Positions 52,171-63,923 of a DNA stretch of 64,000 bases are shown here, in pieces. The DNA lies in NCBI GenBank assembly GCA_002633005.1, contig NMRA01000293.1, forward strand, positions 385,707 through 449,706. Direction: 5' to 3'. Source of the DNA: Phoronis australis (taxonomy: Eukaryota; Animalia; Phoronida). Each line of letters starts with the position of its first letter. Within the stretch, counting starts at the first letter, position 1. The position numbers were made by a program, and so were the translations under genes. The notes under the pieces are model-generated. The model made no database searches, was not told the origin of the DNA, and saw only the letters and a list, made by a program, of their open reading frames with translations.

Positions 52171-52404
52171 GAGGCCCGCTCCAAGAAAACTCACTTAGCT
52201 ACGATAAATCTTAAATTTCAGTCAATTTTAAGATAAAAATTAAATTTGTCTTGATGCCATTTCAAGAAAGAGTTTTTGACTTGAGTTTAGTCTTAATTTT
52301 GACTAACTTACTGGATGTGGAAGTTTCAAAGTTTGGAAGTCCAGACAAATCTTAGACTTAAGTAAAAAAAAATGGACTTAAGTCAATTTCTTGGAAAGGG
52401 CCCC
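52171..52404. mobile_element. PIF/Harbinger-like MITE between SHOC1 and ClpP
   Basis: GAGGCCCGCTCCAAGAAA / TTTCTTGGAAAGGGCCCC imperfect TIR with internal GACTTAAGT repeats. Confidence 0.5.
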
Positions 52405-52999
52405 AAGACTACACAAGTACCATTGTGTATGCATCTTATGTTCGGGCACTTTTGAAGAGATTACAAATAGTGATGGCATCACACTTCAATAAAGTAAGAA
52501 CGGGTGAAATTCTGTTAAATAATCCGCATGTTTTCTCTCGAGTTGAGTGAAAATATGACTTAAAAGTGCAACTTCTAGAGCTTTAGCAGAAAAACCAATG
52601 CAAGAGCAACCATACTGCGAAACTTAGTTCGAGATGAACAAAGATCTCCTTAATGTGTATCCAAGTTATGAAAGTTTTACTGTACACCTTATTGATTGTT
52701 AATAAAGTTTATTGTCAAACTCCAGGTAACTTTTCACTGCCTGTACTCAAAATGCATCTCAAATTTCCTAGTACACAAAAGTGTTGATGGACAGAATCTT
52801 GTGACTATTTTAAGAAAGAAGCTAAACAAGTGCCCACATCAATGTGCGATTCACTGCAGCATCCTTTGCAAATGTTCTCCCTAAATTGGCCTTTACAAGT
52901 TTCACCAATCAGTACACTGTGGTGCAGCATGCAACACTCTTCCAAGAATATGTTTGAACTGTCTCTAAGGATTGGTACTAACCAAAAGCATCAGATCTA

Positions 53000-55900
53000 T
53001 CAAGAATTGCGTGTCTCTTCTTCGCCTACTGTTGGTGGGTGTTCTAGAACAGTATCTATTAGTCCAAAATCCTGCGCCTCCTTGGGGCTCATGAAATTGT
53101 CTCTATCCATAGCACGTTCTGAAATGAACAATAACAATGAAAAATTGCTGTGCAAAAATAAATCGGTCTGCTGCTTGTCATAGTTGAGCAGAATGAGCTA
53201 TTGTGGTAAGATCATGTATCAAATCTGCATTTGATTGATCAGCAAAAACTAATGATGCGCTGGTGCATTGAAAAAAAATATAACCTGCCCAGCGATCAGC
53301 TGTGGCTAATAGAAACAGTCCACTTCTAGACAACTCCACACAAGCTTGGGTTTATTTACAAGATCTAACACTACTTAGAGAAGTTTCATGGGCGACGCAC
53401 CATAGGGGGGGGGGGCCACACACTGTTAATGACTATTGATGACAAATCACATACAATGCACATTGACCAGCCCAGTTGCTGATTGTCTAAGGGCAATGGT
53501 TCTTCGATACTCCGACAGACCAACTCAATACAGAGGGATGCGCATATCACGTTTCAACACTGCAAACGCATTAAAAAACTGATAGTGTATGATTACACCA
53601 TGAAGGAGAGCAAAAGTATCCTTTGATACGCGACCAGTATCGAATAGACTGTCAAAAGCACAATGGGGCTCTTAAAATATATCCAAAAGCTCAAAATTTT
53701 GGCAAAATCCACAGATCAGAACAACACAAAGCTTTAAAATGAATACGTGATGGCCACCAGTTGGGGCTGCTCAAAACGGATGAAGTCATTTTGCCTAATT
53801 ACCCAAAATAATGCAATACACACTTCAAATTGGAAAACGTGCCAAGCAATGGGCATTATGTCGTGGCTAAAAATGAGCATACCTTTTGACTTCTGAATAG
53901 ATTGAGCACAGAAAGTAGTTCACCAGCAGTTTGTGTGATGAGGGAGATGCATGATTTACCTAAATGTAGGCATTAAGTTCACTAGTGACATCTAGTGAAT
54001 TTAGAGTTCTCCATTGCTACCAGAGGGTGCTGAATATGACAGTATCAGCATCGTCTAAGAAATTGCCATGGGGACATACCGGGTTTATCCAATAATTGGT
54101 GTCGCCATTTCATCTGTCTGTTTGTGCCGACAGATTGCGTCAAATCACAGAACACAGCGACACAAAGTTCCCGTGAATGTAAAACCATACCTATTACATC
54201 CAGAGGCTGTTTTGTATGTTTCACATATAGGTGGTTCAGCTGTTTCCTCAGCTTTATAATTTCTTCAGCTTGAATTTGAATATCGGACGCTTGACCCTGA
54301 AAAATAAATTGCTACGTAGATGACAGACACCACAAGTGACCAGAGATTTCACTCAAGTTTTCATCAGTGTAAATTGGAAATTTCCTTATTTTTGCAATAA
54401 ATGATTTTTTTCCACATCACTGTTGATTTTCAAAAAACAATCAAAGATATATTGCTATAAGCAAAGCACACCTTATGGAATGCGTCCTATAATTAACGTT
54501 GATTAGCAACCACAATTAGTTGTACTGAGTACTGAATCGTGTGATGCATGATAACAATTACCTGCGCAGCTCCATGAGGTTGATGTATCATGATGCGAGA
54601 GTTGGGTAGGGAATGTCGCATGCCATTACACCCTGCTGCTAATAGCAATGACCCCATACTGCTGGCCTGACCTACACACCAAGTGGCTATAGGTGGTTGG
54701 ATATATTGCATTGTGTCGTAGATACCAAGGCCCGCAGTGACTGAACCACCTGTGAAACAAGTACATGTTATAATAGAGAACTCCAAACACCACTAACTTG
54801 GCCACACAAGTGACCATTGGTGGTTGGCAGAACTACATTTTTTTCGTAGATACAAAGTCCTGTAGAGACTGAATAGGAAGCACCTTTCCCCAGACCCAGT
54901 TTCAAACTCTGGTGTGAACGATTGGCTGAGTTGACAGGGATGAAATGCAATTTCTTTCATTCATGGACATTTTGAGATGCCGGACATTTGTGAGTGAATT
55001 TTTGAATATTCCATTGTACCACAGAGGCAAATTGATGACATGATGAGGTCAAAGAATAACAAAAATGTTGGGAAATATCAGACTGCAATAAATGGATACA
55101 AGAATGCAGACTGCTGTTGACTATCCATCCTAACCACCACCCAGTCAAAAAGAATCTTTATCATTTCCCCTCTATATCAGAAAATTTCTATGTTCCAATA
55201 ACTTATCTCTAAATAAGATGCAGTAAGACATAGGACTTGAAGTGTGGCGACAATCACAATAATACAGGGATCGTTTACACCAAAAAACGTTCCCTTAAGG
55301 GTGTTACACCGAGATTCTCTGGAATATTACAAGAAACAAAAGCGTCAAGACAATTTCTCAATTTCTTCCAATACAACCAAGCAGTCAGACGATATGCGCT
55401 ACGGCACTTTGTAACTATATTTTTGAAAGTTCAGCCAACATCCGATGAGAAACAAAGGAGTTGAGCACAGAAGAATGTTTCTCTACAAGCATGTGGGAAA
55501 ATCAACACTGGGCCATAATTCAAGAAAATATGGTTGGATCATAAAACACTGATCATGTGCAATAGCATACTTCATGACGATACACTCCCGAAACTTAGGT
55601 TAAAATCTGGTTAAAAATGTAGAAGAATTTAAACACAGAAGAATGCAGAACTCTGGCAAATAAGTACAATATTTTGAAAGCTTGGTCAACGTTGGATAAG
55701 AAATGTAAGAGAAGAGCACAGAACATTTCTTTGCATGAACAGACAGACGGGCAGAAATGCAGATGCACTGAATGACACCTACCATCACTATAACCCCTTC
55801 AGTAGGAGACAGTAAAGTTACATAAATTACTAACCAGGACTGTTTATGTACATGTGAACAGGTTTCTTGCTACTCTCTGACTGTAGAAAGAGTAACTGTG

Positions 55901-58900
55901 CTACAACTAGACTGGCCATTTCATCGTGGATCTGAAATAAATATACGCAAACAACTAAATATGTGAAAAATTTTCAAAATACAGTTATGTTTCAACCATA
56001 AAGAGTTGAAAGACAGTTGTGAACATTTTTCCTTCATACAAATTGCATTACATTCTTCCCTCAACCTTCAAAAATACAATATTCAAATTTGTTGAGCCAA
56101 CAGCAGCAGTGACTCCTGCCGATAACTGTAGCAACACAGCGATGCTTTGCTGTTAAATCCACTTGTTTGATGCGAAGTAAACCTCAGCTATTAACCAAAT
56201 TAAAGATTTCCCACTGAGTGATGCCCCCTAAACACCGGCGTGTCCACATCAGTTCACTTCCAAGTTCTGTGGTTGTGATTTAACTTTCAAACTCTGATGC
56301 AAAATTCACTTCCAATGTTACTGCAATCTTAGATCATAGAATTGTCCCCATGTAGTAATCCTGAACACTGATTTGTCTGGGCGGAAGTTCGAATTGATTA
56401 ATCCATACTTGGTGACTTCACCAGAATGTATATAAGCCACTGAGCATGACCAGTATGTCGAGCAGCCGATGAAATCCAAAAATCCGAACCTATTAATTTG
56501 TTCACAAAGTCATGGAATTGGAGGCTGAAACTGAGAACCAAAATCATTTGCAGCGAGAGACAAATGAGTAGAATTTCTTCCATGCCCCGAAAGCATTTGA
56601 ATTTCTGTCATATTTTCGACCTCAAATCCAAATTCCCCCAAGTGCCACCCATGAAACCCTTAGTATATTTATACCTAAAATGGAAATGGAATTATTACCA
56701 AAAACAATATCGGTAAATTTATTTAGTAAAATAATTTAGAAAAGCTTTGACCTGTTTTTTACAAAAGCGGATTGATGACATTTGAACTTAAACTGACAAA
56801 AAAGAAGTTAGCATCAAGAATCTACTGACAACAAGCAAGTTCAGACTAAGAAATTCATTTTTAAATAATATTAAGATAACAAGCAAATGATATTCTTAAT
56901 AAAAGTAAAACCAAAAATTTTTACATTTCCCTGTATGTACAGACTTCAAATACAATCTTTTAACCGAATTATTTCTGTCAAAAGGGAAAAAACTAAGCAT
57001 ACATACTGGCCCCATCACACATATAATCCTTTCTTTGAGTAGCCTGGAATAGATATCATAGGCTCTCTCACCACGACCTGTCTGTTCAATGACTATGGGC
57101 ACCATGGGACTGAGGTAAGGTGTCGTGCTGTGAGTCTGACGACATGCTTGAGATGTCCTCAACACAGATGTCTGGAACACAAACGTACAAGGAATTATGA
57201 AATCTCACCATTCAAAGAAAGCTGTTATGAAATGTTCATGAATTAAAAAGTCCAACCACCAGTCCAATAAATATTATTTAAATTACCGAGAGTAACAATT
57301 TACAATAACTGACAACTAAGATAGAGTTAAGCATGTATGGTTATTCGATTTGTGTTGAATTTGTTTATTTTATAACATTTGCGAAATAATGTAAAAAGTG
57401 ACTACAGAGGGAAATAGAGAAATTAAAAATATATAATTGACAAAAATAAAACAAATAAGAACATGCATGCAACAGTAACCTGAATAACACCAAAAAGTTA
57501 ATGTTTTCCCTCCGTGGTCTGTCATCTGTATATCTGTATTTACTCTTTCCCACGATTCCATTGGCCAAGCTTCACGCAATACATTAGTTAGACTTTTGCA
57601 AACACAACAGTTACGAGAGGGAGTAGATGTTATTATCCTTTCACTAGAAATGTCTTCCGGTTATAATAAAAGGGCCTCTTAGCCGACTGACTGTGGCAAT
57701 GCACTATAGCACTGGAGACCCCATCAGACACCAGTTTACACCGCAAACGAAAAAACATTCTTCAACGCAACCTTTTCAGCAAAAATATGAATCCTTGACT
57801 GTAGAAGACCACAGAAGATGAATACGAGACACGATGCCATCCTGACAATAAAGTCCAGTTACCAGTCAAGGAGGAAATTCTAGGCAGAAACTCTTTTCAC
57901 TCTCAAACATAAGAGTAGAGTGTGGAGAAAGTACAAGAGGTCCAGTCTATAACAACGGTTAGTCGCGTTTTGAATGATTAACTTGATGGCAATGTGAGTA
58001 TAGTGTAACTGTGCTTAGCTTTTGGAATAAAAGTCTGAACAGTTTCATTGTTATGAATGACTCCACCAGGGGGGGCTAGTTTTACAATTGTTTTATCAGT
58101 TGGTATTAATTCCTGTACTACTTACTCAAATAATCACACCTTCACTTGAAATGAGCTAGACAAAATAACTACATGTACCTTTGAGCCAAGAGATACTGAA
58201 CGGCAAAGTGCTTCTATAGTCAGGGTAGGATGGATTTGAAAGGAACTTCAGCAATTAAATCTGATTACTGTGGACACCAAAAGCAACTTGGAATTTCATA
58301 TTTCTAAATGCTTAAATTTTAAATGCATTGTAAAAACCATGCTTGTCTAAGTCAAATTCAAGTGTACTAAAAACAAAGCACATGGTAAACAAACTAAAAG
58401 TGGGATGAAAAGATATTGGGAGAATTTAAAGGGGGCGCAGTCAACAGATGAAATTAAAATAGGATGCAGCGTCCTCTTGTAACAGTGCTGCATGCAGAAG
58501 CATGTTGATTTAGAATTCAACCAGTTTTATCCAATGAATAACGGGCCCAGTATTCAGTAAATGTCAGGGACTGCTATATCTGACTAGTACCACAATAACC
58601 TTTGAAGTAGACAGGTACACCGCTTGTGGTATGGCTCAACCTACATGTGGTAGTACTTCCCCATTAAAAGCTACTAATTTGGAAATACAGCGAATAACAT
58701 GGACTAAAACATGCATATACCAGGTGCTACCAGATAGCTCCAGTAATTTGGATATTGTGAGCAAACTTAATTGAGAAATTTGTCGTATGAAAGTTTTAGC
58801 GCCATCCTTCCTGAATTTGTGTGTCTTATGTGTGGTAATTCATATGACACACATGCATCGATGAGCTTCTTGGATGTTAATCCAGGTAGCTTTGAAGTAA

Positions 58901-59875
58901 TCTGCAAAAAATGTACGTCACCAGATTTTGCTTCAAGATCTGCAAGACATCAGCATTTTCAGGAAGCATTTAAGAATCATGTCTTATCCCAAAATAGGGT
59001 GTTTGTGTGGTATCTACATTTTAAGGAGGGTCAAATGTCAGTTGAAAATGACCAGTCCTTTGGGATTGTCTGACAGTTGACAATCAAAACAAAAAGGTGC
59101 ACACGGCTGCCCAAGAAGACTGCCAAAGAACCACTCACAATGTTTGCAACATTTTAGGAATGCTGTACAGTAGTGTTCAGTCCATTTTGTCTTGACAAAC
59201 TGAACATGAGGCACATTTCAACAAAATTTATTTCGCAATTGCTCAGTGGCAAACAGAAGGCCCACAGTACTGCAATTTCCTGGATATCAAAAAACATGCA
59301 GAGCCATAGCCAGACTTTGTTTTAAAGATTATTCCTAGTGATGACTTGTGGATATACGGCTATAAGCCTGGAACCAAACAACAGTCGTCACAATGGAAGT
59401 CATCTGGTTCACCCGAGACTGACGAAAAACAATGTGAAGTCCATGCTGATTTTTCTTCAGCATACACGGCATTGCTCATGTGCAAGGAATTCATTACTCA
59501 GAGACAAAATGTGATGTCTGTAAATTAATTTCGTAATCACGCAAACAAGGTCTCCTTGTTTTGGTGGCCTGAAAATTCACCAAAAATTTTGAAACAAATT
59601 TCGGAGGAATTATTGTCTGACTTTTCACTGTGCCGACTTCATGGCGACTTGGTATTTTTCCCAGATTGCCAAAGGCGAAGGAAAACCCCGAACACAAATA
59701 CAATAATTCAATCTGAGCTATGTGAGGCCCAATTGGCGAAATGCAAGTGGTCAAATCGAGCACTGTTTAGAGAATAACTTAGACCCTTATAACTCAGAAG
59801 ATTTGAATTCCGATAATTCAGACCCCCGAAACGCAAGACTGCCAAAAACCGTACCAATAACATTCGTTTCCACAT
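53000..59875 (-). CDS. CLPP: Mitochondrial ATP-dependent Clp protease proteolytic subunit, ~231 aa (exons 59875-59855, 57171-57007, 55931-55835, 54749-54562, 54296-54191, 53118-53000)
   Basis: All junctions are GT-AG and phase-compatible. Motifs: [40 protein letters not shown], catalytic Ser in QASSMG, His in MIHQP, Asp in GQASDI, and [19 protein letters not shown]. The Arg/Ser-rich presequence MWKRMLL|[16 protein letters not shown] suggests mitochondrial targeting; exon 1 is the least certain. Confidence 0.95.
58720..59520 (+). mobile_element. Decayed mariner (Tc1/mariner) transposase remnant in ClpP intron 1
   Basis: [36 protein letters not shown] (mariner HTH, F.W..RFKEG..S.EDD.RSG) and [29 protein letters not shown] (IITGDETW.Y.YDPETKQQS.QW); interrupted by stops and deletions. 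Confidence 0.85.
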
Positions 59876-60063
59876 CTTTTCAATCAAGTTGTCAAGCACC
59901 AGTTCAACAAGTGCTGTCTGCATGAAACTTCCGTTTCCGTCAGCGCATGCGTGTAAGTTGTTTAAACATGGACGACATGTTTGTCACTTGTGTACTTGGG
60001 TAGTTAAATCACTGACTTGCTACGGTTTTGTGTGAATTTATGCTATTCTAAATTTAGTCCAGG
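59876..60063. promoter_or_regulatory. Compact bidirectional promoter (CLPP / CARD-APPBP2-like) with ETS/GABP- and NRF1-type motifs
   Basis: Only 188 bp separate the two predicted ATGs. Tandem ACTTCCG-TTTCCG at 59927-59939 and GCGCATGCG at 59943-59951. Confidence 0.65.
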
Positions 60064-62172
60064 ATGCCAGGTACAACACTCCGAACTCCTTTGAGGTAAA
60101 TACTTACTTACGCGAACCTGCACTGACTAATAATTTTCGACAGTTTAGCTGTTGCTAAGGCCTTGCTGTACGAGGTCGAGGACGATGTGCGCCGAACCGA
60201 AGTGGCTTACATGCATACATACTTACATGCATACATACTTACATGCATACATACTTACATGCATACATACTTACATGCATACATACTTACATGCATACAT
60301 ACTTTACTTACATATTTATTTATACCCAAACCAACAAGAAAACTGAAAATTGGTCCATGTCTGGTACATTCAAAGCAAGAATTGCATTTAAATATTTACA
60401 ACATTTTACAAAAATTTTCGTGCCGCAAGCGTGTAGGGGCAGATCCAGGATTTTGAGTTTGGGGGGTGCTAGGGCAGAGTATTAGCCAGGATTTTGCCCA
60501 TCAGACATTCGCACCCCCCAACTGCCAAATGGAGAATGCAGAGTTTTAAAATCCGCCACTGGCGTGGAGTAGACTTAAACAAGTTAAAGAGATATGAAAA
60601 GAGTTGCAGCTTTTCTCATGAACTCAAATCCTCATTTGCATCAAGAACAAGTTACGACCGATTTTATTGCGATGAGTGGTCTAAATCAAAAGTTAGTGCC
60701 TTCAACAGAATGCTCGTTTATATCCATTTTAACTATTTGATTATCATTATTGTAAGTGAAAGATTTTTTTATTTTTGTGTGGTATTTTTGGCATTTTATT
60801 TGAACGTTTTCTTCAATTCTGTTGCAGTCCAAGGGCCACAGGCGATATATCAATACTTGAGGCTCAAAGGATTAAGAAGATTCGTGTCAACAGAGTGTCT
60901 CTCATTCAAGAGTTGAGAGTTGAATATGTTCTTCAGCCTCTAGTGGATAGGGGAGTTTTGACGGAATCGGAGAGAGATTTTATTGAACAGGGTGTATCTG
61001 TACAGGACAAAACCAGGCGGCTGGTAGATTTGATTCCCACTAAAGGAAAATCCATTGATTGGTACCACATATTCAGGGAAGTGTTATGTCAGCCTGATGG
61101 AGATGATGAGGTGAGGGAATGTTGCCAGAGAATAGTGAGCTATCTTGATAACACTATTATTTCCCGACCACAAGATATAGCACGATCAGGAGTGGTCAGT
61201 CCAGTTAGCCAGACAGACAAGGAGGTCAAGCAAATGACCTTTCCAAAGTACCAGCCATTACCTGATATTTCCAAGAGCAATACAAGCAAGCAGTCTGTCG
61301 TGAGATTCAACTTGGATATCGACACCAAACGAGAAAGATTAGGTTTGGATGCGAAACTAGAAGAAACAGAGAGTGAAGACATGTTTTCTGATGTCGATGA
61401 GATTGATATTGGACTGAGCCAAAGTCTTCAGCCGCGTCGATTGTGGAGAAACATGACGGTTGATTCTTACTTCAGAAAACCTTTGGATTTATTTGATGTC
61501 TTACAGAAAGGAGAAAGTGATGGTGACTTACAGCAGCTGACCGCTGAAGAGAATGTGTGGTCAAATGTGCAACATCTTGAGGTCCCGTTGGATCTCTTCC
61601 ACAAGAAGTCGTTGTTAGGTCCATTTGACTTTTTATTATGCAAAGAACTGTACAGCATCTTGACCGATTCAAACAATCATCATCTATACCTGAAGTACTT
61701 CAATCAGTTAAAATACGAGAAGTATTTTGATGTACTCAAAGAGTTGGAGAAAATGTTTGTGGATCTCTTCGACAATATCAAATCTCCAGATCACAAAGAA
61801 GCTCGTGATTTGGTTGTAGATATTGGTTTTGGTTTGGCGTCCCTGCTTCTGCAGTACTCCTATTTCTTTCAAGCTGAGAAGGTCATGTCTGCGCTAGTGC
61901 AGTACTTGTCGTCGAGTGGAAACAAAGATTGTTGGCTTCAGCAGTTTCATGCGTATCTCAAACTATTTGAAGTGAGACTGGTCTGCCTGGATCTCACCTT
62001 AGCAGACCACTCCTTCTTCGCAGCCCAGACGATTGCGGAGAAGATCCAGAATGATTCAGAAGATGGGAATGCTGGTCTCAACTGTGCAGAATTATACACA
62101 TTGACTTCTCAGCTGATGAGACAGAGGGGTAGCCTTGTCCCTGCACTCACCTGGTCGCAGAAAGCTCTGCAG
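60064..62172 (+). CDS. CARD domain plus APPBP2-like helical/TPR protein, 5' part (exons 60064-60095, 60828-62172; probably continues beyond the window)
   Basis: MPGTTLRTPL-AG|gtaaat joins ttgcag|T in frame with ORF 60775-62313. N-terminal CARD pattern: IRVNRVSLIQELRVEYVLQPLVDRGVLTESERDFIEQ..QDKTRRLVDLIPTKG..YHIFREVL. The C-terminal VDIGFGLASLL..AEKVM..W..LKLFEVR..SFFAAQT..NCAELY..ALTWSQKAL parallels APPBP2 IQVGFVLGGFL..AEKVF..W..VRLLHVR..TFKLAQT..NKAALY..AYKWCIEAM. Donor CAG|gtacac at 62172. Confidence 0.8.
60207..60304. repeat. 16-bp minisatellite (TTACATGCATACATAC)n, ~6 copies
   Basis: Directly visible in intron 1. Confidence 0.95.
60434..60561. mobile_element. Short hAT-like MITE with a 5-bp TSD
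   Basis: TAGGGGCAGAT / ATCCGCCACTG imperfect TIR; GCGTG on both sides (60429-60433, 60562-60566). Confidence 0.55.
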
Positions 62173-62184
62173 GTACACCTTGAC

Positions 62185-62190
62185 TTTATT
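62185..62190 (-). terminator. Candidate polyadenylation signal of the VWC-repeat gene
   Basis: AATAAA on the minus strand ~97 nt after the predicted stop and 13 nt from the opposite-strand exon donor. Confidence 0.5.
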
Positions 62191-62286
62191 ATGCTACGCG
62201 TGGTTTTTTTAAAAAATTTTTTTGTACATTTGTTGTCCAGACAACAGCACAAAGCCAGTCTGAGGTTGGGTGCCTCAGTTCGAGCT

Positions 62287-63923
62287 TTAACAAAAGTGTA
62301 TAATATTAACTAATACATATATAAGGTAATAAAATGCAGCTGAAAAGGGGTAAGGGGAGCGGGGGAAGGACTTTCACGCGCCATTCACACACACGCACAC
62401 ACACACACGCACACACACACACACACGCACGCACACACACACACACACACACACACGCCCGCTCTGTCGTTCCATGTTAGTTGCTCTATGACAACTGTCT
62501 CCATGACAACTGTCTCCATGACAACTGTCTCCCGTGTAAATGCGGCTTCATATTTCGAACACCATACAATTCAAACTAAACTACACGAAATGAATGGGCA
62601 ACATGTTGAAAAAATTGAACACTGTTGGACAGCAATCCCATTAGACAGTCCTTTCATAGATAATAACACATTACCTGGACCCGTCGCGGTCACTGTGATA
62701 CCCGTAACACCGACAACATTGACGGTGTCCTTGCAGGAAAGTTCTTTGCAACACGCTCCCTTAACATCAACAAGTTTACATTGAGATGGTACTCTTGAGT
62801 AACGAGGACAGCTGGAAATATATGATACATTAACGAATTGTATAGCTGCCTAGAGCATGTTGTGTCTCAGTTTAATAGGAGAGTTACATTCTGCAACTAA
62901 GTGAGAAGATTTCCGTGACATTGCACCATACTTGTGCGAATGTCAATGCAAACTTTCAAATTACAATATGCTCACTTCACAAGACACAGACATTAATTGA
63001 CAACACATTTCCACTTTTATATTTTCAGTAAGAACAATTTTAGCAAGTTATGAAATAGTAACTTACATTTCGGAACATCTGTACATGCCCTGGGCAGCGT
63101 CTGTACACTCGCAGTCATAATTACATCCATCCATCCACCTTTGACCTTGACTGTAAGATTTACCCTTGTAGAGACACATGTCTGAAATAATAATGTGGAA
63201 TTTCAATTTCATGATTGTCTCTTGTTAAAACATGAAATCATCAAGTAAATCTATATAAAAATGTCTCAAATTATGGCGATTTTTAGTAACGTAATTAGTA
63301 ACGTAAGACAAAATCGCATAAATCTCCCTTTTTGGATAAGATTCAGAGCACAAAATGTCTAAACTGTCAAGAGGAGATGTCTCCCATCCGAGCTTGTTTT
63401 GAATTCACCACATTGGTTGTAACAGTCTCTATTTTATGATCTCAGTGTAAGTTGATGTGTTCACAGTATTTATTTTCTAATCAACCTGTTTCTACCAAAG
63501 GCAAACGCAACGCACTCGATTGCAATTCAGTTCAGCTTTTTGCTATTCATGCTCAAACTGAAAATGGCTGCTCAAGTGACATTGCCCATGACATAATACG
63601 TATAATCAGACACTACAATAGTACTAACAGACATAACAACAGCAGCGCCCTCTGGTGTATACTCACTTCTTCCCCCTGTGATCACTGTTCCTGAGGTGCC
63701 CGTAACTGGACCACCTCCGGGTACCGTGCCCTTGTTGGATGTACCCCCTGTCAGGCTGCCTGGCACCACGCCCGTTCTGAAGCCCGTGATGGCACCAGGA
63801 TAGGTACCGACCACCACAACCGCCTTTCCATCAGGACCAGTAGTGCAGACAGGCTCGGCACAACATTTACCAGGGAGAGTCCGTAGCGTGCAGTAGGATG
63901 GGATCTCTGAGTAAATAGGACAG
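62287..63923 (-). CDS. VWC (von Willebrand C)-repeat extracellular protein, 3' exons (63923-63667, 63181-63067, 62811-62675, probable terminal exon 62339-62287); 5' part lies beyond the window
   Basis: Phase-compatible GT-AG exons encode CPIYSEIPSYCTLRTLPGKCCAEPVC, a G/T/P-rich linker, MCLYKGKSYSQGQRWMDGCNYDCECTDAAQGMYRCSE|ICPRYSRVPSQCKLVDVKGACCKELSC, then after a strong pyrimidine acceptor a hydrophobic tail AAFYYLIYVLVNIIHFC*. Confidence 0.8.
62386..62456. repeat. (CA)n/(CACG) microsatellite; also a 15-bp x3 repeat at 62488-62532
   Basis: Directly visible. Confidence 0.95.

Noticed and set aside
59708-59923. Upstream in-frame ATG (MQTALVELV...) as the ClpP start
   Set aside because: It lies against the ETS/NRF1 promoter motifs and would add an acidic segment ahead of the Arg-rich presequence. 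ATG 59875 fits better, though neither is verified.
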